DNA of 64,000 nucleotides from Spirochaetota bacterium (GTDB lineage Bacteria; Spirochaetota; UBA4802; UBA5550): NCBI GenBank assembly GCA_022709405.1, contig JAKLIV010000003.1, positions 1,883 to 65,882 of the forward strand, read 5' to 3'. Shown piece by piece: positions 9,468 to 16,131 of this stretch (position 1 is its first letter; each line of letters starts with the position of its first letter). The notes under the pieces were generated by a model. It saw only the letters and a program-made list of their open reading frames with translations, ran no database searches and was not told where the DNA came from. The position numbers and the translations under genes were made by a program.

Positions 9468-10790
9468 GAGACTGTAAAAAGATTTGTGTAAATAGCCATA
9501 TCAATATTCAATGTACAAGGAGCATGATATGGTTATGGACAAAGATGAAATTATCAAGCAATTACTCAAGGATGTAGATTTCAAGAAACTGACCCCGGAA
9601 CAGATTACCGGGAAGAATGGCCTCATACAACAGTTAACCAAGCAGATCATTGAAACGGCAATGAATGCCGAGATGACCGATCATCTTGGTTATGAGAAAA
9701 ACGAAAGATCGACTGACAAAAACGACAATACCCGCAACGGTAAAAGTTCGAAGAAAGTAATAACGAACAACGGCGAGATCGAAATTGAAGTTCCTCGAGA
9801 CCGCAATGCCGAATTTGAACCACGGATTGTTAAAAAGCATCAGAAACGATTCGACCTTTTCGACGAGAAAATCATCTCAATGTACGCATTGGGAATGACG
9901 ACCAGGGATATCCAGGGCCATCTTGAAGATATCTATGGCGTCGAGGTTTCTCCTGATTTGATCAGCACGGTCACCAACGAGATAATAAAAGTCGTTCTCG
10001 AATGGCAATCCCGCCCCCTTGATCCGGTATACCCTATCGTATATTTTGACGCGATTGTGGTCAAAGGTCGAACTGACGGTAAAGTCGCGAATAAATCGGT
10101 CTACACGGCGATAGGGATCAATATGCAAGGGAAAAAAGAGGTTCTGGGCTTATGGATTGCCGAGTCTGAGGGTGCCAAGTTCTGGCTCCAGGTCGTCAAT
10201 GAACTGAAGAATCGCGGGGTTGAAGATATTTTCATCGCCTGCATGGATGGACTCAAAGGGTTTCCTGATGCGGTCAACGCGGTGTTCCCGCAGACCAGAA
10301 TCCAACTGTGCATCGTGCACATGATACGTAATTCCACAAAATATGTATCATGGAAAGAGCGCAAGCCGATCTGTGCCGATCTGAAGAGCATATATTCCGC
10401 TCCGTCTGAAAAGGCAGGACTGGATGCCCTTGATGAATTCAGTAAAAAGTGGGATGCCAAATATCCCATGATCTCAAAATCATGGCGAGCTAACTGGGAA
10501 AACCTCAATGAATTTTTTGCGTACCCGGCCGATATTCGTAAGGCAATATATACGACCAATGCTATCGAATCATTGAATTCAAGCCTGCGAAAGGTCACCC
10601 AGAAAAGGTCGGCGTTCCCGACAGATGAAGCAATTTTTAAAGTCTTATATTTGGCCTTGACGAGAGCTGAAAAGAAATGGACTATGCCGATCAGGGACTG
10701 GGGAGCTGCGATGAATCAGTTCGCAGTATATTTTGGCGACAGGGTTCCATTGTGATCAACGGCTATTTACACAAAATATCTGACAGTCTC
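9468..10790 (+). mobile_element. Intact IS256-family insertion sequence (1323 bp)
   Basis: The 30-bp imperfect terminal inverted repeats are GAGACTGTAAAAAGATTTGTGTAAATAGCC (left) and GAGACTGTCAGATATTTTGTGTAAATAGCC (reverse complement of the right end). There is a single transposase ORF and a flanking 8-bp direct repeat. Confidence 0.9.
9511..10755 (+). CDS. IS256-family (mutator-type) transposase
   Basis: 'LIQQLTKQIIETAMNAEMTDHLGYEKNERS..NTRNGKSSKKV..GEIEIEVPRDRNAEFEPRIVKKHQKRF', 'YPIVYFDAIVVK', 'IACMDGLKGFPDAV' and 'IQLCIVHMIRNS' are classical IS256 Tnp blocks. An SD (AAGGAG) lies upstream of the ATG at 9529/9535. Confidence 0.95.
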   Translation: MYKEHDMVMDKDEIIKQLLKDVDFKKLTPEQITGKNGLIQQLTKQIIETAMNAEMTDHLGYEKNERSTDKNDNTRNGKSSKKVITNNGEIEIEVPRDRNAEFEPRIVKKHQKRFDLFDEKIISMYALGMTTRDIQGHLEDIYGVEVSPDLISTVTNEIIKVVLEWQSRPLDPVYPIVYFDAIVVKGRTDGKVANKSVYTAIGINMQGKKEVLGLWIAESEGAKFWLQVVNELKNRGVEDIFIACMDGLKGFPDAVNAVFPQTRIQLCIVHMIRNSTKYVSWKERKPICADLKSIYSAPSEKAGLDALDEFSKKWDAKYPMISKSWRANWENLNEFFAYPADIRKAIYTTNAIESLNSSLRKVTQKRSAFPTDEAIFKVLYLALTRAEKKWTMPIRDWGAAMNQFAVYFGDRVPL

Positions 10791-10798
10791 AATGATTG
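10791..10798. repeat. Right copy of the 8-bp target-site duplication (AATGATTG)
   Basis: It is identical to 9460..9467 and lies directly outside the right IR. Confidence 0.85.
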
Positions 10799-10809
10799 AA
10801 AAGGCTACA

Positions 10810-11751
10810 TCAGTATTTTTTTCTGAATGATGATTCTTCAACTCTACCAAATTTTCCTAATAAAAAATCAAATAGACCACTACTAAGTGATATAAGTCTT
10901 TGCCATCTTTGAAATTTACATTTCCAATTAATCCAGACAAGATTTCGTTTTAGACAATATAAATATGCTATCAATATACATTTTCCGGAGTAATTTTTTT
11001 TTATGAATAAAAAGTTATTTCGTACATAATAATAAATCCAAAGAGGTGCTGATGTTGAGTATTGTTTGTCTATTTTTCCAAATGATACTGAGCATTTATG
11101 ATATACTCTTGCAGTAGGGACATAAAATAATTTGAATCCTGAATTTCTAGCCCTCAGACACCAGTCAGCTTCCTCAAAAAGAAGAAAATAATTTCTATCC
11201 ATTAAACCAATTTTATTTATAACATCAGATTTTATCAATAATGCACATCCGGTTATATAATCTGTTTCTTGAATTTCATCAAATGTTCCGTCATCCTTTT
11301 TACCTCCTCCTTTATGTGATAAACCAGAGAAGAAATCAATGATCCCTCCCGCAAACCAGATAACATTTTGATCATGATAAAGGAGTATTTTAGGGCCAAC
11401 AATCCCTATCATACTTTTTTTCTCTGCATAATCGACTAGATTGTCAAGTGCATCCTTTTCAACTATCGTGTCATTATTCAGCAAAAAAACATAATCAGCA
11501 TCCTTTTCCATCGCATAGCGTATACCAATATTATTTCCTTCAGCATATCCAAGGTTATCACCTGTTTGAATTAATTTAATATATGGATATTTATTTTTAA
11601 TAACATCTTCAGAGGAATCAGTTGAACCATTATCAACAATGACAATTTCAAAATTCGGATAGCGAAGAAGCTTAACCGACTCTATACATTCGATCGTATC
11701 CTCTTTCCCATTCCAGTTAAGGATAATTATAAAAACTTTTGGTGTAGTCAT
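10810..11751 (-). CDS. Glycosyltransferase family 2 (RfbF/rhamnosyltransferase-like)
   Basis: 'VFIIILNWNGKEDTIECIESVKLLRYPNFEIVIVDNGSTDSS', 'NLGYAEGNNIG' and 'FLLNNDTIV'. Confidence 0.8.
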   Translation of the reverse strand: MTTPKVFIIILNWNGKEDTIECIESVKLLRYPNFEIVIVDNGSTDSSEDVIKNKYPYIKLIQTGDNLGYAEGNNIGIRYAMEKDADYVFLLNNDTIVEKDALDNLVDYAEKKSMIGIVGPKILLYHDQNVIWFAGGIIDFFSGLSHKGGGKKDDGTFDEIQETDYITGCALLIKSDVINKIGLMDRNYFLLFEEADWCLRARNSGFKLFYVPTARVYHKCSVSFGKIDKQYSTSAPLWIYYYVRNNFLFIKKNYSGKCILIAYLYCLKRNLVWINWKCKFQRWQRLISLSSGLFDFLLGKFGRVEESSFRKKY

Positions 11752-12074
11752 ATAATCTAAAGTTAATAAATATTTCCATCATCCCTAAGTTTCATCGCAG
11801 TCCAATCATGACCTTTACTTCTTTAATGAAATTTTTCTGAATAATTTAATGAGTAAAAAAGATATTCCGTGTTTTATGTAGCATGACTAACTGTAATCAT
11901 ACCCATTTCAAGTCAATAATGATCGGACAAAACGAACTTTTTGATAATAATGGTTTTTATTTTAAAGGATTATTTCTACCTTTTCATTAATAACTTTGTA
12001 AAACTTCAAAAAAACAAAATACTTTTTCCCTGAATGTATTCACTCTTTAAAATTCATTGAGTCAAAATGCATTT

Positions 12075-12320
12075 TTAAGTATTATATTTTTGCTCATTTT
12101 TTTTTAGAGCGAAAAAAGCCTGTGGTAGTCTATTAGTGTCATAAAAAAAATCACAGAGTGTAAATCGTTTTGTCCAATTATTTTCTATATATTTTTGTGG
12201 GATAAGTGCCTCCCCATAAAAATCACTTGTTCTTTCATCTCCTCCTCCAGTTGCCGCATAGACAAATTCCCCATCATTGTACTTTTTCTTAAAATTTATG
12301 TGTGCAAATTTTTGGATGAA
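12075..12320 (-). pseudogene. 3' remnant of a class I methyltransferase-like gene (N-terminus lost)
   Basis: A stop-free reverse frame with no start codon reads ...FKKKYNDGEFVYAATGGGDERTSDFYGEALIPQKYIENNWTKRFTLCDFFYDTNRLPQAFFALKKNEQKYNT*. The 'FYG.a.i...yie..W...F.l......Q.ff.lkK' tail is typical of glycan-locus SAM methyltransferases. It lies next to IS debris. Confidence 0.45.
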
Positions 12321-12383
12321 TTTAAAATAAATTGTTATATCAATTCAATTATTGAGAAATAATATCACTGCTGTCCCATACAT

Positions 12384-12599
12384 TTAAAATCCCAGATCAA
12401 GCTGTAAATCAAGGGAAAGTAATCTTTTCCGATGCGCCCGTGTTTTTCTGCAAAGCAAATCATCGATTGACCTGTCTGATAAAATATTTGCTCCAAGAAT
12501 CCTGAATACATCAATCAATGACAAGGCTGAACGGGAACAAAATCGCAGATATTCCATAATAAGATATGCGATTGCAGCGGTCCATATCTGGACGTAGCC
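12384..12599 (-). pseudogene. C-terminal fragment (about 70 aa) of an IS4/IS5-superfamily DDE transposase
   Basis: The reverse frame reads GYVQIWTAAIAYLIMEYLRFCSRSALSLIDVFRILGANILSDRSIDDLLCRKTRAHRKRLLSLDLQLDLGF*. The 'vqIWtAaIAYLl.eyl.f' block is the conserved tail of IS4-like transposases. There is no N-terminus or start codon. Confidence 0.55.
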
Positions 12600-12601
12600 G
12601 C

Positions 12602-12721
12602 TTCTTGAAATCTACGTCTTTGAGTAATTCTTTGAAAATTTAATCTTTATCCATAGCCATATCATGCTCCTTGTATATTAAATATTGATATAGCTATTCA
12701 CACAAATCTTTTTACAGTCTC
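12602..12721 (-). mobile_element. 120-bp left-end fragment of a second IS256-family copy (IRL + 5' UTR + first ~20 codons, with a frameshift)
   Basis: The reverse complement GAGACTGTAAAAAGATTTGTGTGAATAGCTATATCAATATTTAATATACAAGGAGCATGATATGGCTATGGATAAAGAT... aligns with 9468..9588 at roughly 90% identity up to GATTTCAAGAA. Homology then stops abruptly at the IS4-like fragment. Confidence 0.85.
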
Positions 12722-13535
12722 ATATTTTATGCTTTTTATATACGGCTGCAGTGGCCATATTGAGATCATTTTTAATAGAAGTAATACCTTCATCCAAATA
12801 ATATTTAATAATTCCTGTTTCCTTTACATAAATTCCTTTACTACCTTTCAAAGATATGGTCAGCCACAAATCCCAATCTTGTAATCGTTTTATTTCTGGA
12901 TCAAAACCGGGGAATTTGTTTCTCCGCAATAAAGACGAAGTATCGACATAGTTTCCCTGCTTTAATAACTCCAGATTAAAATCAGAAGCCCTATGGTAAT
13001 AATTATTTTTTCTAGCATGAGTTGATGGATCCATGACTATAGCCTGATAATCAGTATATGCATAATCACAATCTTTATTCTCTTCAAGGACTTTAAATAA
13101 TATAGCCAGATGATTTTGCGGCAATAAAGTATCATCATCACAGAAAAACATATATTCCTGAGTAGCCTTACTTGCACCTTTATTTCGCTTTTCCTGAACG
13201 CCTAAATCCTCATCGTCAACAATAATTATCTCCGCTGGGTTATTTAATTTAAGCATTGGAATTACAAAATCACCTGTAAAACGACTTCTAGATTTAATAG
13301 TTGGCATAATAACAGATATTGGAAGTTTATTTTTATAAGAATAGTTTTTATTACTTCTTTCTCTATTTAACCATAAAAATGATTTAACTGATCGTTCAAC
13401 TTCTTCAACAGGTTTACTTTCTAGGGGTTTGCTTTCCAGGGGTTTGCTTTCCAGGGGTTTACTTTCCAGGGGAACCAAACGATAATTACTAGGAAAAAAA
13501 ACAACTTTTTTAATTGTTTCAAAGTATTTCCACAT
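12720..13535 (-). CDS. GT-A/GT2-like glycosyltransferase with N-terminal (LESKP)x4 repeat
   Basis: 'ISVIMPTIKSRS', 'EIIIVDDED', 'MFFCDDDTLL' (DxD) and 'DWDLWL'. Two nucleotides of the TGA stop codon belong to the terminal GA of the IS256 fragment. Confidence 0.65.
   Translation of the reverse strand: MWKYFETIKKVVFFPSNYRLVPLESKPLESKPLESKPLESKPVEEVERSVKSFLWLNRERSNKNYSYKNKLPISVIMPTIKSRSRFTGDFVIPMLKLNNPAEIIIVDDEDLGVQEKRNKGASKATQEYMFFCDDDTLLPQNHLAILFKVLEENKDCDYAYTDYQAIVMDPSTHARKNNYYHRASDFNLELLKQGNYVDTSSLLRRNKFPGFDPEIKRLQDWDLWLTISLKGSKGIYVKETGIIKYYLDEGITSIKNDLNMATAAVYKKHKI
13411..13470 (-). repeat. 4 x 15-bp in-frame tandem repeat (encodes LESKP x4)
   Basis: The + strand reads GGTTTACTTTCTAGG GGTTTGCTTTCCAGG GGTTTGCTTTCCAGG GGTTTACTTTCCAGG. 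Confidence 0.9.
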
Positions 13536-13574
13536 TTTAAAAAATCCTATGTCTTGATAATACGGGAAGGTCTT

Positions 13575-14351
13575 TTATTTTTTACAAATATATATTATCT
13601 CATCTGAAAAACCATGTTTAAATCTTTCCTGAGAATTAAGTATTTCAGTAAAATTAATCATCTCAACCTTAAAACCTACTTCCATTAATCTCTCTATAAA
13701 ATCTGAGCCATACCATCTCACATGATCATATTGCCCGAAAGCTTTCTCTCTTTCTTGCGGATCTGTTATATTAAAATCTTCATACGTTTTTTGTAAATCT
13801 TTTTTAATTGGTATTGTAATTACAGCAAAACCCAGAGGAGTTAATACTCTATAAAATTCACTCATGGCTTTTTTGTCATCTGGAACATGCTCCAATAAAT
13901 GATTCGCGATGATTATATCAAAAAAAGAATCAGGGTGTTTGATATCCGTTGCATCCATTTTTTTACAATCATCTCCATATCCTTTTGGCTCAAAATCTAC
14001 TGGAAAATAATTAATCTTCATTTTTTTAAATGTATTATAAAAAACAGTTTCAGGTGCAAAGTGTAATAGATTAATTTCATTTTTTAATATTTTTGTATAA
14101 TTAGTTAAATAGTACCATACCATACGATGCCGCTCAAAAGAACCGCAAACCGGGCATATCACAAAATGCCTAAAATTAAAAGGTAAAAACATGGGACTTC
14201 TTTGTTTGCAGATACAACAATAAACTACATTCACATTTAATTTCATTTGCAATGTTGAATTACAATTTGAGATTTCGTCTTTTTTTTTTATTTCATCAGA
14301 AAGTTTTCTTTTCACTGATTGGGGCAGTAATTTCAAGAATAGTTTTATCAT
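13575..14351 (-). CDS. Class I SAM-dependent methyltransferase with N-terminal Cys4 zinc ribbon
   Basis: 'CCICKQ...CPVCGSFERHRMVWYYL' followed by 'FDIIIANHLLEHVPDDKKAMSEFYRVLTPLGFAVITIP'. Confidence 0.75.
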   Translation of the reverse strand: MIKLFLKLLPQSVKRKLSDEIKKKDEISNCNSTLQMKLNVNVVYCCICKQRSPMFLPFNFRHFVICPVCGSFERHRMVWYYLTNYTKILKNEINLLHFAPETVFYNTFKKMKINYFPVDFEPKGYGDDCKKMDATDIKHPDSFFDIIIANHLLEHVPDDKKAMSEFYRVLTPLGFAVITIPIKKDLQKTYEDFNITDPQEREKAFGQYDHVRWYGSDFIERLMEVGFKVEMINFTEILNSQERFKHGFSDEIIYICKK

Positions 14352-14453
14352 CTTTTACCACCTATAACAATTTCAGCTGTCTTTAATGAATCACCCTACA
14401 GCAAGCTATGGGAATTAATCCCAAGAGATTAATCAACGACTAATTCGATAGAA

Positions 14454-15071
14454 CTAGTTTTTCATATCTTGTGTTGAATTCATTTCTTTTTGTGCAAGAC
14501 AAATACCGTAATGGGTAAGATTTAGTTTTATACATAACTCGTCAATAATTAAAAGAATATCCAATAGATGTTTATCGCTTTGTTCATCAAAATTATTAAT
14601 AATATCATTTAAAGCCAAGTGATATACAACCCCTCCTGTGTAAATAATATTCGCATTATTAAAATATTTATTAATTGCAGAAATAATCCGCCCAGAATCA
14701 GCTGCCTCAGAAGGATCTAATTCAATCAATTTATTTTCATTGATTCTATTCATTTTAGATGGCAAATAAACATCAGTTTCTTTCGGATCAATCAAATACT
14801 TGGTATTATAAAATGCTTGTCGAATGTTTGATGCTATTTCTAATTGTTCATCTGAAAATTGAAATCGTGATGCACCGATATAATCATCCATATAAAAAAA
14901 ACCGCCAGGTTTAAGTATATTTTTGCTCCACTCAACTGCTTTCTCCGAATCAAGCATATGGTGTAATGAATTATTCCAATGAACTAAATCATACAATTCT
15001 CTTTCTTTAACAATTTTTAAAGCATCTCCATGAATAAAACTAATACGATTATCTAGAGACTTTTTTTTTAT
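14454..15071 (-). pseudogene. 5'-truncated class I methyltransferase (lacks SAM-binding motif I)
   Basis: The open frame begins right after a stop at 15072-15074: IKKKSLDNRISFIHGDALKIVKERELYDLVHWNNSLHHMLDSEKAVEWSKNILKPGGFFYMDDY... It holds only motifs II-IV. The first in-frame start is a TTG at 14996. The upstream space is occupied by the 3' end of the 15068..16117 gene. Confidence 0.55.
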
Positions 15072-16117
15072 TTATTTTTTTCATGGTTTATCCACTTCAA
15101 ATAACGCAATTTTGCCATTATTAAGATATCTCTTAATATTTGAACCGGCATAATAATCATCTTTCCTATACGGTATGTCCTGCTTTTATATAATCTGTTA
15201 ATTATTTCATCCTTTTTTTTTAATTCAACAATGTAGTTATGCATCTCAGCATCAATATTTCTAATACCTAATGATTTGCCATTACCAAGACAAAGAACAT
15301 CTTTACCTGTTTTTTGAAAAATTTCCTCTGCCTGCCCAGGATTACTCTCTATAAAAAGCGTCTCGGATCTGTTCTGATAAACTTCAGCTTTAAACCGACC
15401 GTGAGCCTTTTGCCTGATTCGTTCCTCCTTGCTGGGTAAATTAAGCATAATCACTTCGCCATATTGTATGTTATATTTTTCCAACCAACCCTCTGTTTCT
15501 TTTCTATATTTTTCCAACCTGGAAGTAACAAAGCATGACACTGGAACTGTTGGGATATGGATAGGTTTTGCATTGTTTAAGAAATCGAGATATCTTGGAC
15601 CATCATCATTCTCTTCTTCTGTTGGGTCATGACAAATCACCCCATCTATATCCACACAGGCATTATTAAGTCTGGGGTGATGCATCAAATTCCATTCAAA
15701 AAAACGGAGTTGAGGCACTACCTCAAAAAAAATATCCACCAACTTTTCTCTACCTGGCACAATATATACACACCCATATAATATTTGATGAGATTCTATT
15801 ATATTGCATTGAGATACTCTGTGTCTAACATCAGTTAATGCAGCGCCTGAATTTACAGAATCTTCTATTATTATTACTTTTTTAATTTTCTCCCAGTTAA
15901 AATTTTGCTCCTTACCTCTTAGCCCGCTTCCCCATATTTTACCGGAAAGATATGAATCAATATCTGCAACCGGTTTATTCATTAGCAATCCTATGATCAC
16001 CGCGGGAAGCATGCCACTTCTTGGATTTCCGACAATCAAATCTACATTTGTATTAATTTTATAGATATTATTAATAATATCTCTACATAAATCACTATAT
16101 GATTTATAATAAACCAT
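15068..16117 (-). CDS. Fusion protein: type I phosphoribosyltransferase domain + HAD-family (NT5C-like) phosphatase domain
   Basis: N-terminus: 'VDLIVGNPRSGMLPAVIIG' and PRPP loop 'KKVIIIEDSVNSGAALTDV'. C-terminus: HAD motif I 'CVDIDGVICHD', motif II 'FVTSR' and a later 'K..AEVY / FIESNPGQA'. The tail 'SRTYRIGKMIIMP' resembles 'SYTWRLGRVV' of the neighbouring 807-aa GT. Confidence 0.7.
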   Translation of the reverse strand: MVYYKSYSDLCRDIINNIYKINTNVDLIVGNPRSGMLPAVIIGLLMNKPVADIDSYLSGKIWGSGLRGKEQNFNWEKIKKVIIIEDSVNSGAALTDVRHRVSQCNIIESHQILYGCVYIVPGREKLVDIFFEVVPQLRFFEWNLMHHPRLNNACVDIDGVICHDPTEEENDDGPRYLDFLNNAKPIHIPTVPVSCFVTSRLEKYRKETEGWLEKYNIQYGEVIMLNLPSKEERIRQKAHGRFKAEVYQNRSETLFIESNPGQAEEIFQKTGKDVLCLGNGKSLGIRNIDAEMHNYIVELKKKDEIINRLYKSRTYRIGKMIIMPVQILRDILIMAKLRYLKWINHEKNK

Positions 16118-16131
16118 TTCTAATTAAATCC

